A stretch of DNA of 62,600 bases, the filler included, from Diploschistes diacapsis (lineage: Eukaryota): NCBI GenBank assembly GCA_023645945.1. It is 13 parts of 13 records of this genome, joined end to end, with 100 filler letters (N's around TTAATTAATTAA, not from the genome) between each part and the next. Parts side by side here need not be neighbours in the genome. Positions count along the whole stretch, not along the records: positions 33,882 to 55,972 come from JALAIB010000289.1; positions 56,073 to 57,632 come from JALAIB010002890.1; positions 57,733 to 59,289 come from JALAIB010002891.1; positions 59,390 to 60,945 come from JALAIB010002892.1; positions 61,046 to 62,600 come from JALAIB010002893.1; 8 more parts are not named here. The stretch is one strand, 5' to 3'. Position numbers and translations under genes: made by a program. This document shows, piece after piece, positions 52,101 to 62,600 of the stretch (positions within the stretch are counted from its first letter, which is position 1; the number at the start of each line of letters is the position of its first letter). A model generated the notes under the pieces. That model was not told the origin of the DNA. It saw only the letters and a list, made by a program, of their open reading frames with translations, and ran no database searches.

Positions 52101-52689
52101 GGGGTGCTGCAAAGGTGACGATAGCTATATCAGGAATCCCAAAACAAGCAATATAATGGGAATTGATGCTCGAAATAGCAAGAGATAAAATGAAGGTGTA
52201 TCGAGCTGCTGCGCGTCATGACGCGCTATCAATGTGTATCATGGTTGCCCATACTAAGCGACAGCACTGGCGAAACATGGCACTATGCTCTGGTATCAAA
52301 AGTAGCTGATAGGAAAGGGAAATTGATCAAGCTGTAAAAGAAGTGGAGGTTGATTTCGCAACCCAACTGTGTAATACACGTATATGATGCATCGATGCTT
52401 GGGCACGAACAGTCTGTGAATATATGAAAGGCACGGCAGGCTTGGCAGGCTTGGCGCACTCGAGAAGTCAATCTATAAAGTCGGTCATTTATCATGGCCA
52501 TGGCCATTTGAAGCTTTCTATGACATGATGGGTGTTTGCATTATCATCACAAGTAGGTTCCCGACGAGTCTTTTCCCATGTGTAAACACTATTCACCTAC
52601 TCGTCTAAAGATATAGGTTCGCCTTCCAAATTCTCACATGCTGCAAGCCAATGTGCACTGATTGCGTGATTAACAACGTACATATATGC

Positions 52690-53879
52690 TCAGTTATTAG
52701 TTTCATGACGATGCCTCCGAGTCAAGCTCCCAAACTTGTTGGCAATCTGACCTCTTGCTGAACTGTTTCTTCTTAGCCCGCTTTCCCACTCCGAGTAACT
52801 CTGAGCATTTCCCGAAGCCATCGCGCTGTTGCTTGATGCCCGGTCTCTGTTGATGGGGGAGCGCCCATTAATGGACCGTCGCGGATGATCCTGCATCTCT
52901 ATACCACTTTCAGAAGCGTGCCTTCCATGACCTTTGGCCTTTAGTGCCCTCTCGACCGAGTATGAGGGCTCGCCTTTGCCTTTCCGGTCATCAGGGTGAT
53001 AGTCCTAATCCGATTAGCTATAACCAGCCAGGGGGACGGTGCCACCCACAACAAGGCCTGGCCAATGGTTCAGATAGTTCTTCTCGCCATCCCGTTGCAC
53101 ATCGGTACCCTCTTCGTATTCATAAACTTTGCCCGTCAGGCGGTCTGGAACGCCTGGAGGAATCTGAGCCACTCCATCAATCGGTCTATGATGCCTGAGA
53201 CTATCTGAGATGCTTGCTTCGGGGGTAGCCTTCAGTGCTTCCATGTTCGAGTCTAACAAAGCAGCTACGGGGGCCCCTCTTGATTTAGAGTTGCGAGCCA
53301 GGCTGACGGCATCATAGGGACCTTCGTGATGAAAGCCGTCCCCAATCTCTCCTAGTCTGTCAATAATATCCAAGCCATGGTGTCGATCTTTGCGCAGATG
53401 TGGAGATCGATGAGCCCTTTTAGACTCTCTGCGGATGATATCCAAAGGGCGATGCGATTCATCGCCGTTGTATCGTTCGCTCAAAGACGATCCTCGACGA
53501 CGCTCATGGCCTCCCTCCGTAGACGTTCGAGCGGACGCGGCTCGCACCGATGAAGTAGGAATCTCACTTGATTGCCTTGCGGAGGGTCTTCCATAGTGAC
53601 TGCTTGATTCCCCTGTGAGTTCCGATAATACTGATCGATGCCGTCCTACTGAATCTGGCGGACTAGGATGGGACCCAATTTCATGTACAGTCGCTTCGGG
53701 CTGCTTCTTCTCCTCTTTGGGGGCCACGAAGTGCGTGCCAGGCCCTGTTTCGGTGCTTGGTGATGGCGCATTGAGAGGATCAAGAAGGTATTTGGTGGCC
53801 TCGCACAGCGTAAGGTTGATTGGTTGTGTAGGACAATAGACAGTCAACTTACCCACTGCTTATCTTCTGAGCTCTCCAT
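52690..53879 (-). CDS. PAL1: Pal1-family cell morphology protein; exons 53879-53853, 53799-53050, 53004-52690
   Basis: KYLLDPLNAP, RPLDIIRRE, DIIDRL..FHHEGPYDA..ARN..APVAAL, DDRKGKGEPS. Confidence 0.8.
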
Positions 53880-54434
53880 CTTGGGAACGATCTGGATTAG
53901 GCGAGAAAGTAGTGAGTCGGGAAGAACACGAGCCCGTGATCTAGGGTAAATGGTGATGATTATCCGAAGGGCAACGAATGGTTTGAACAAAATCAAAATA
54001 AGAATATTAGAAGAAGAGGAACAGGACGTAGCTTGACGGAAAATTGAATAGAATTCCAGTACTGTGTGTACAGCTTGCGCCTCCTTTGAATTGACACTCC
54101 GACGCATCAGCCCGCCACGTCATCCGACATCAACAGGCCCCTGCACTGCTGCCACCGCTTTGAATTCAGTCCTGAGTCCTGACGGAGGCTTATCCGCGTA
54201 CCTATACTTATAGGAAGGAACGTTGAGGTTGCACAAACGCACAATTGAGGCACTTCGCATTGGGCACTCTCGAAGAAAGCTGTCAGATAACCTCAGCCTC
54301 CCGGATAGGAAGCAGCATCATGCCCAGAGTAAGCAGCTAGCGCTTGTTGATATCTAACTTGACAGTATTGTTGCTCGCATGTCAACATGAAATGAGTAAT
54401 GGCTTGGGGAGCTCTTAAAGAAACTTCACATGCA

Positions 54435-55652
54435 ATGGCGCTCGTCGGTTACTCTTCGGATTCCTCCAACACGAGCAACGCCCAGCAACAGCCTCCAGCG
54501 AAGCGCAGACACCAAATTCCCACTACTCCTCCCAAGGATGCCAAGAGCTCACTACCTCCTCTCCCCTCTTCATTTCTCGATCTCTACTCCGCCCCAGTCC
54601 GAACGAGCGCAGCCGATGACCCGTCCCTCCACGGCGGAAGACAGAGGATAACTCCGCACGTGGTAGGCAACTGGCCCACGCACGTCTATACAGAGTGTAA
54701 GCCTTCCAAACTCCGCACAACTCAATCACGACTCACTCCCAGCATCTGAACCTTATATAGAGAGTGCGGCTAAGAACCTTGAGGGCACCCCTCCCCAACA
54801 GAATCCCTACTTCTCTCGAGCATCATCCAAAACGTTCACAGGACCTCCCTCAACTCTCCAACCTCTCAGTCCTCTCCTTCACTCCCCCAAACCAATGCCC
54901 CCCAAATCCACTCCCTCCTCCACTCCCCTCTATCCGTGCCCCTTCCCCTGCACATTTCCCTCTCCCGCTCCCTCAACCTGACTACGTCCCAGCGAGATGT
55001 CTTCCCCACCCACATCGGAACCGCCATCGAGAAATCCAATACCGGAACCTTCTTCATCACCCCCATAGCATTGAAATGGGTCCCCAATTACCCCCGTACG
55101 CGCTGGTTCCTCGTGCTTGCGCTCGCAAGGCCGGAGGGGAATCAGCTGAACAAGCTCCTGGCCGCCTGCAACAAGGTCGCGCGACGCTTCGGTCAAGGCG
55201 AGCTCTACAGCGGCGGCGGCAGCGGCGCAGCGACTGCTGTGGGGAGCGGCGCGGTGCCAGCCCCAGGCGAAGAAGAGGCAGCAGTGGCGGACGTGGAGAT
55301 GGACAGTGGCGCGCCCTGCACAGCATCTGCAGCTGCGGCGCTGGGCATCCAGAACGGCAGCGGCAACGAGGCACCGTCTGATCCGTTCCACGTCAGTATC
55401 GCGTGGTCGCTATCGGAGCCCGGGGCCGATGTTTCGCGGGTGCAGCCGCAGCCACAGCCACTGTCCGAGCATGGCACGGAGAGCGCCGAGAAGCAGTTGG
55501 AGCTGGACGCGCTGGAGGACCTGCGCGGGCTGCGGGTCCCCGTTGCGGCCGTGAAGGTGAAGGTGGGAAACACGATCAGCAGTATACCGCTGGCCAAAGA
55601 GGCGAGAAGGGTTGAGGAGGAGAGGGGGAGGAAGAGGTGGCTTGGGGAGTGA
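54435..55652 (+). CDS. USB1: U6 snRNA 2H phosphodiesterase; exons 54435-54696, 54784-55652
   Basis: MALVGYSSDS, DDPSLHGGRQR..HVVGNWPTHVYTEW, and two HxS motifs (PLHISLSRSL, FHVSIAW). Confidence 0.88.
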
Positions 55653-56072
55653 TATCCACGCTGTCCCAAGTGACGGGCACACGGAAGAGCATCGTAGTTT
55701 CCAGCGAGACGTAGCGATGGACTACAGAGAACCAGAAGAAGAGTGTGGAAGAGTGCGAACACTTGATTCCCGCCATGGCCGGCTTAGCCTTGGCCAGTAG
55801 GGCGAGCTCCCTATCACACAATACAGAATAAAAGAAAAATGGATGCCGGAAAGAAGCTCCTGTGCTCCGTCTGCTTGAACTGGCTTGCTCAAAATCGAAC
55901 ACGCATGTCCCTCCCTCCTCCCTCGAAACAATTTCCTTCTTCACCAACGCCTCCCATCCCGCTCGTTATCCCNNNNNNNNNNNNNNNNNNNNNNNNNNNN
56001 NNNNNNNNNNNNNNNNTTAATTAATTAANNNNNNNNNNNNNNNNNNNNNNNNNNNNNNNNNNNNNNNNNNNN

Positions 56073-57124
56073 CCTTCTTCTCCCTCCCCCCCTCCTCCTC
56101 CCTCACGGGCCCGCGCGTGGAATCCCACCTCCGCGCCCTCGGCTTCGGCTACCGCGCCAAATACATCCACCAGACCGCCGTCCTCCTCGCGCGGCGCCCG
56201 TCGTCCTGGCTCGACGGCCTGCGCAACCCGGCCTGTCCCGCCTTCGCTTCCGGCGCCGCGGCATCACAGCCGACGCTGGCCCCGCTGCAGCCAACACCAC
56301 CGCTCGCTACCAGCGACGCCGACGCCGAACCGCCGATGCCAGCGCAGGGCCGGGCCGGCTACCGCGCGGCGCACGCGCAGCTGCTGGCCCTGCAGGGCGT
56401 GGGCCCCAAGGTGGCGGACTGCGTGTGCCTGATGGGGCTGGGGTGGGGCGAGGCGGTGCCGGTGGACACGCACGTGTGGGCGATTGCGCAGCGGGACTAC
56501 CGGATGGGAAAAAACAACAAAGGGGCTCGCGGCGGCGGCGGCGGCGGCGGCGGCAGAGGACGGGCGACGACGACGACGCTGACGAAGGCGCTGTACGACG
56601 CCGTGGGCGACCACTTCCGCGCGCTGTGGGGCGCCGAGGCCGGCTGGGCCCACAGCGTGCTCTTCGCCGCCGACTTGAGGGCCTTCAAGGCCGACGCGGC
56701 GAGCACGCGCGGGAAGAAGGCGGCCGAGGTCGCGACGGAAACGCACGGGCTCGACGGCGAGCGGCGCGCCACCGGCCCGGAGACGCAGTTCGTCCGCGTC
56801 AAGCTCGAGGACGCCGCGGCCGAGGCGCCCCCGAGCACGCCGCTCGGCACGACGCCGACCGGAGGGGTCGGGAGCGGGAGGAAGGGGAAGAGGAAGATGA
56901 AGAGCGAAGCCGACGCGGACGCGGACGCGGACGCGCACGAAGGCGGGCGTGGGGCGAAGAAGAGGGCGAAGGCGACGACAAAGGTCGAGCGCCAGGAGGA
57001 GGAGAAGGAGCCGCCGAGGCTGGGCCAGAGACGGAGCCTGAGGCAGAGTCTGCGGAGGAGGAGCAGGAGCAGGAGCAGGAGCAGGAGCGGGAGCGGGAGC
57101 GCGTGGGGGGGCGTTGGCCAGTGA
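56073..57124 (+). CDS. OGG1: 8-oxoguanine DNA glycosylase/AP lyase, 5' truncated
   Basis: LRALGFGYRAKYI, HhH-GPD LQGVGPKVADCVCLMGLGWGEAVPVDTHVW..AQRDY, LWGAEAGWAHSVLF. Confidence 0.9.
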
Positions 57125-57509
57125 TGCAGAATATACGGTGGGGTTTTGTTTCAGATGGCGCTTTTGAAGATTGTGGGGGGGTACATTATAATAACTACGT
57201 CCGTCAAAACGGTTTGGCGCTTTGTCACGGAACAATATGTTCCTGTGGCCTCTCGTTCTTCATAGGTGGGTGGGTGTTGCAAGTTGCTTGTGTGGAAGGG
57301 AACTCCCAATCTATCTTCACACGAAGCAAGGACGGAGTCCCGACTCATGCTCGACCCCATCCCGGGCTACTGCGCAAAGCAAGCGATTGAAAGTTTGAGT
57401 TTAATAAGTAATTTCAAAAAGGGCAATCCTTTGGACCTGCCGTGTTCTTTCTACCGGATGCGACTCTAATGTGCGCGATTCTAATATGCCGCCGATGCTG
57501 GGTCCTCGT

Positions 57510-57632
57510 TCACGTCCTCCCGCCTCCTCTACCGACTTCGGCCTTCGGCCCCGTCGGGATCCCCAGCTCCTTCACGACCTTCACCTTCGTATCCCCCCCA
57601 CCCGCCTCCGCTTCCTGGCCTCTTTCCGCCTC
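57510..57632 (-). CDS. 3' end of an unidentified gene convergent with OGG1
   Basis: Open GC-rich frame EAERGQEAEAGGGDTKVKVVKELGIPTGPKAEVGRGGGRT* running from the contig end. Confidence 0.35.
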   Translation of the reverse strand, partial: EAERGQEAEAGGGDTKVKVVKELGIPTGPKAEVGRGGGRT

Positions 57633-57732
57633 NNNNNNNNNNNNNNNNNNNNNNNNNNNNNNNNNNNNNNNNNNNNTTAATTAATTAANNNNNNNNNNNN
57701 NNNNNNNNNNNNNNNNNNNNNNNNNNNNNNNN

Positions 57733-58776
57733 ATGTCTAGCGTATTTTTAAAATTTCGCCGTGTATTTTAAAATCGAGCTTTTTTAGTTAACTGTTTTAA
57801 TGACTCGAATCGCATATTTCTTATCGTTAGTTATTTCGAAGGCCAGTCGGACTTATTTTTTGAACCCCGTAAAGTTCTTAAACATTCCGTAATTATCTTT
57901 TTAGTTTTTTAAATATACGTCGAGGTGGGGTTTCATTTATGTCAATACGCGGTTACGTATGAATCCTACGGCGAAGACGATCCGTATCTCTTAATCGTTT
58001 ATAATGTACGAGTTCTAGTAAAAGTACATTAAGAATTAGAATATTTAGTATTTTAATTTCTTGCGATCTTTAAGGAACGTTATTAGTTTTATAGCTTTTA
58101 TAATAGGTTTTTTATCCGGTTTATTTTCGTCGGGTTTATCGTTACTTCCGAGATCGTCGCCTCTAGCTTCCGTAATATCTATTATCGGAACATCGGTTTC
58201 ATCCGGTAACGTTATTATCTTAGATGCTCTAGATGGTGCGGATTTAGCCATCGATGACGATCGCCCGGTTATGCTGCCTGATACACTCATTCTTAAAAAT
58301 GTTCAAGTGTTATAATCTCTATCTATACAAGATATATATAAATAGAATTAAGATAGGTTTGATCTTTATTAGAAGAGGAGTGCAAGTAAGAAAAAAAGAT
58401 AAAGCAGTTATAAATCTTAAACTACCTTTAAAAAGAAGGCTCTCTAAAAATAAAAATAACGAATATAAATTAATCCCGAGTAATAATTAAGGATATCTAT
58501 AAAAATAAACACGTCCCGGATTTATAAAAGCCGTAACGACGTTCCTATATAATTTAAAACGATAATCAGTCACCGATAACAGAATTATCGTAATAAAGCT
58601 ATTATTAATAAATATCTATCCCGGCAGATCTATCCCCGATAAATGTCTGTTTAACGGAAATCTGTCAGTCACGTAACCTCTGGTCCGTGGTTGGTCTATA
58701 TATAAAGAGTGGTTGGGAAATGCCCGACTAGCTGTTGCGTGCCAAGTACTACCGACTAGTACCTTGGATCGTAACA
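57733..58776 (-). mobile_element. Gypsy element 5' end: 469-bp LTR (58776-58308, TGTTA...TAACA) and RIP-degraded gag starting at 58290
   Basis: Inverted LTR termini; gag-like FLKDRKKLKY*..FLMYFY..EIRIVFAVGFIRNRVLT*MKPHL. Confidence 0.7.
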
Positions 58777-59289
58777 TTTTTATAAAATTCGAAAGAATGC
58801 TATTCGTATTTTATAATTTTAAAAAATGAATACAGAACTTTAAAACGGTAAGTAATTAAAAGCGATACGTTTCGATAATATACCTAAACTAATCTTTACA
58901 ATCGAGAATTAGGGGAAAAGTTTAAAAATTTAGATGGAACCGATAGTACTATACACATCAAATCAAAATGGCACTGCCGAAAGATTCATACAAATTATCG
59001 AGATAAACATCCGTGCTATACTTAAAGGAACGAAACAAGAATACGCTTTCTAAGACGAAACAATATTGGCCCAATACCACATCCGAAACAAAACAGCAAT
59101 AAGATCTAAACTAAACGATTTAATCGCGATATTTACCGAGCATTAATTAAACGAAAAGCCGTTAATAAATAATATCCGTATCTAAGAATTAAGATACTAT
59201 AACTACGTAAATCTCAAGTTATTATTTAAACGATAAAATAAATTAATAAATAAAATAAGACTAAATATAATAATCGGATATATCAATAC
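58777..59289 (+). mobile_element. RIP-degraded Copia integrase core
   Basis: MEPIVLYTSNQNGTAERFIQII matches the integrase PYT..QNG.AER motif. Confidence 0.75.
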
Positions 59290-59389
59290 NNNNNNNNNNN
59301 NNNNNNNNNNNNNNNNNNNNNNNNNNNNNNNNNTTAATTAATTAANNNNNNNNNNNNNNNNNNNNNNNNNNNNNNNNNNNNNNNNNNNN

Positions 59390-59746
59390 CAACGATATTA
59401 ATAATACCGAAATCGTTACTTTTAAAATCGGTCCTGCTTATAAAATATTTACATTTCCTTTAGATATTTAGAAGGCGAGTTCTTTATTACTTTTATTTAA
59501 TTCTATTAATAGGCTTATAGGAAAGCATATTATCGACGTAAATAGAATTATATTGATATTTTAGATATATTAAGCATATTATTTTAGAATTATTAATAAT
59601 TTATATTAAGATCGGAGTTACGAAGTGTCGACGTTACGTGTCGTATTTTTATATGGGTATTAATATTTCTTTCTTTTTTAAGGGTTATTATTAATAAGGT
59701 TTTTATTTAGATTTTTTTTATCTTTTAGCTACACGTTCGTATTACT
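59390..59746 (-). mobile_element. RIP-degraded retroelement remnant, possibly reverse transcriptase
   Basis: Minus strand IYVDNML..KCKYF resembles YxDD..KC.F. Confidence 0.4.
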
Positions 59747-59922
59747 CTGGCCGTTCCGTGCCACTGACACTGACACTGACACCGCAGTAAAAATTTTCTC
59801 GACACTGACACTAACACTAACATTGCACTGTAGTAAAAGCACGGACACGGATACTATAACTAAAAAATCTAAAACATTGACACTAATATTAATATTATAC
59901 TATAGTAAAAGCACGGACACTG
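59747..59922. mobile_element. Partial copy of the ACACGG/ACACTG-repeat MITE
   Basis: CTGGCCGTTCCGTGCCACTGACACTGAC.. matches the left end of 24161-24756. Confidence 0.75.
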
Positions 59923-59936
59923 CTATGCAAATCATC

Positions 59937-60945
59937 TGTAAAATCAAGTGTGAGAAGTGTGTGGATTGTTAGCTAAGTCGGAGCGAAAATCTACTTATGT
60001 ACATAAGATGCCAAGCAGCATCGTTATAGATGTCGCCTGCTGGCAGCGATGTCGGCACGACCTGCCCCAAGTAATCTACCAGCAATCCTTAAGCTACCTA
60101 ACGATTATTATAATCTTCCCGTCCATTAAAAAGTTTATACCCATATAAGCATATAATTAGCTTATATTTTTATACTAATAGCTATCCGAAACATCTTCTT
60201 TTTAACCCTTTATCTTAAAAACAAAACCTTCCGACAAAACTTCCAAAAAACCCTCACAAAACAAAACCCCTTTTGCTCTCTCGATACCCGCTTAATCCTC
60301 GCTAATCCTACTTATATCTTATTCTTAATCTTATTTAATCTTTATAATATCTTTATACTTCCTCTCGTAATCGGCGATTAGATTCTTAATATATCGTAAT
60401 AATTCTTTATTAAATATCCATATGTCCTCACTAGCGTCATATCTTATTTAACGTATTAAGTATTCTGTTTTTTAACCTCTACCTTTTTTAAATCTTCTTT
60501 TAATTAATAATTTATTTATTTTATAATAACCTTCCTTTAAGTCGACGATCATAGGCGGTAAGAACAAGAATCGGCAATAATAGGGGTCGCCGACGGGGTC
60601 TAAAATAGGTTCTAGATATGTTATATTAATAATATCGTGTATCTTATAATATTAGAAGAATTCTAACCTGTAAATGAGCTTGTTTACTCGTTCCAAAACT
60701 TTAAAAGAATTAACGAATTACGGTAAAAGCTTCTTATTTAGGGTCACGAATCTCTTATATTTCTTATATAATCGTAACATCGTAAAGTCCTTTTCGCGCA
60801 TAAAATAAACTTTATATTTTCGATCGTACGTTTCTTTTATAATAATCTTTATTATTATTAAACTATCCTTTATATCTATAATTTCTAGCTTTAATCGCAT
60901 TAATTCGACGATTATGTTACGTTTGCGTCGTATTTCTCGTAATAT
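59937..60945 (-). mobile_element. Gypsy 3' end: integrase C-terminus, PPT and short LTR (~60111-59937)
   Basis: KETYDRKYK..MLRLYKKY..KKLLP*FVNSFKVLERVNKLIYRLE (GPF-type motif); purine tract GGACGGGAAGA precedes an LTR-like block ending TTTTACA on the minus strand. Confidence 0.7.
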
Positions 60946-61045
60946 NNNNNNNNNNNNNNNNNNNNNNNNNNNNNNNNNNNNNNNNNNNNTTAATTAATTA
61001 ANNNNNNNNNNNNNNNNNNNNNNNNNNNNNNNNNNNNNNNNNNNN

Positions 61046-61725
61046 GTTCGGTCAGATTTAAAAAAAATAAAATATTTATTCTTCAAGAGCTGAAACTTAC
61101 CGAAAGTTATAAGAAAGACGATAACGTAATATTTATCCGAAAACTAATAAGACGACCAGCCGTTGACCCAATATACAATATCGAAAAAATAAATATCTCG
61201 TTAATAATAAACGGTAATAACACGTTAATCACGGACAACAACAGAATATTAATGATACAAAAACAAAAAGTTTAGAACGAATATATTAAACCATTTAAAC
61301 CAGCGGTAAATCATAACACCCTAAAAGCCTATACTTTAAAAGATTAGACAAAAGATATTAAACCATTTAAATCGGTTATAAATCATAACATCTTAAGGAC
61401 CGATACTCCAGTTAGGAAGTTCTTACGAATAAAGGTTCTAAAGAAAAACACTGAATCTAAACTCGAATCTAAACCCGAACTTCATCCTAAACCTAAATCA
61501 GCCAAAATAAACGTAAATAATATATTAATAATAATAACTACGCATTAAAACAAAGAACTGTTTAACACGACCTCTATTACTAATAAACGAGAACGGGACA
61601 ATAAAGGATATTCGTCGATTAAAGTTTTGAGGAATTATATCGCGTTAATCGTTAGCGAGTAGGAAATAATTAGCGACGTTAAGTTAAAATTATCTCGAAT
61701 TAGTATTCTAAAGAGTTATAAAAAG
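61046..61725 (+). mobile_element. RIP-degraded Copia pol linker region
   Basis: Co-linear with the reverse complement of 23100-23797 and with 32580-32814. Confidence 0.75.
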
Positions 61726-62600
61726 TGTTGAGCAGACAGGCAGAAGGCATGGCTGGGAGTTCGACTGAGTTCTAGAGGGAGGTCCAGTTCTGCTGAACTC
61801 TGAGGTTCAGTTCAGCTGAACCTCCTGGAATTCCAACAAAACCGATTAAGGAATAGTGTAAGTAATAAGACTTAACGTATCCCACGAGGATAAAAATCTA
61901 TAAAATAAAATAATCTCCTGAAAAGGATCTTTAAACTTTAATACATCCATTACGTTACTAAACAGGTTATAAATCCGGATTAGCACCTACTTTATTACGC
62001 TTAATCGTTTATTAAAACTATATCTCCCGGCAGTTATTACGATTATGAACGCGGGCACCGATTACGTTATTTAACGCAGATTAAATCAAAAAGATCTAAA
62101 AGCCTAGGATCTAAATTATAAAACCCTAGGGTAGGCTGATTCAAAGATAGAAGTTATATTATTTTAAAAAAACGCGGGACTTTAATACGCTAACCTAAAA
62201 TAAGTTTAAATAAAAAATAATTAGATCCAGATATCATCTATATAGGCCAACGAAAAACAATCTTCTTCTCTTTCTCGCCAATATCGAAGTTCAGTTAAAC
62301 CACGCTGAACCTTTCGATTACCTTTATTTTTATTATAAAAGATCACCTTTTATATTATTTATTAATCATTTATTAACTACGAGTCATTCATTTAATAAAT
62401 CTTCTTTATTTACGAAAAATAGTAATAAAATAAACGACATTTTATTTAAGAAACGAGTTGCTCCCATCCTAAAAAAAGAAAATTAATAATAATGATTCGA
62501 ACTCATACGCATATATCTTAAAAATAAAGAGATGGACTACGTTTTTAATAATTAAGTACTATCGCCTATTACAGTCACCTTAGATGATTCTATATTATTT
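61726..62600 (+). mobile_element. Repeat family B (probable LTR) inserted into Copia
   Basis: Starts TGTTGAGCAGACAGGCAGAAGGCATGGCTGGGAG; homologous to 26468-27129. Confidence 0.6.

Noticed and set aside
33882..55972. Mycosporine cluster carried on a mobile element (e.g. Starship) flanked by transposons
   Set aside because: The flanking transposon sequences are separate contigs, no tyrosine-recombinase captain is visible, and the cluster abuts the core genes PAL1 and USB1.
56264..57390. Long overlapping ORFs (323 aa minus, 321 aa plus) and similar shadow ORFs over PAB1, the HMG gene and 35141-35908
   Set aside because: Alternative-frame artefacts of GC-rich coding sequence with low-complexity products.
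58291..58430. Self-priming PBS in the Gypsy LTR at 58308-58776
   Set aside because: Only about 6-7 nt of imperfect complementarity remain after RIP, which is insufficient.
22132..61045. Regularly spaced TTAATTAATTAA repeats as a biological array
   Set aside because: Each is centred in exactly 44+44 Ns; this is an artificial six-frame stop linker.

Overview
Eukaryotic DNA from a filamentous ascomycete (Pezizomycotina-type genes, short introns, RIP-mutated repeats). It is not one continuous locus: 13 contigs are joined by 12 identical artificial linkers (N44-TTAATTAATTAA-N44). Contig 1 (1-22131) holds housekeeping genes (PAB1, a Hul5/UBE3C-type HECT ligase, RVB1, BDF1, UTP5, a truncated HMG-box transcription factor) and a 103-bp hairpin MITE. 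Contig 33882-55972 holds a secreted DUF4185-like protein, an NB-ARC/TPR (NLR-like) pseudogene, a spliced small ORF, PAL1, USB1 and a four-gene mycosporine (UV-sunscreen) cluster: DDGS/MysA, O-methyltransferase/MysB, ATP-grasp/MysC and an A-T-R NRPS-like reductase. Ten of the eleven ~1.56-kb contigs are AT-rich RIP-decayed nested transposons (Copia, Gypsy/chromovirus, Fot1/pogo, hAT-like MITE); the other is GC-rich and carries the 3' part of OGG1. The best leads are the mycosporine cluster with its reductase and a miniature non-coding LTR element whose primer-binding site is a perfect 11-nt complement of its own LTR (Tf1-type self-priming). All calls come from motif recognition and manual splicing; no database searches were run.
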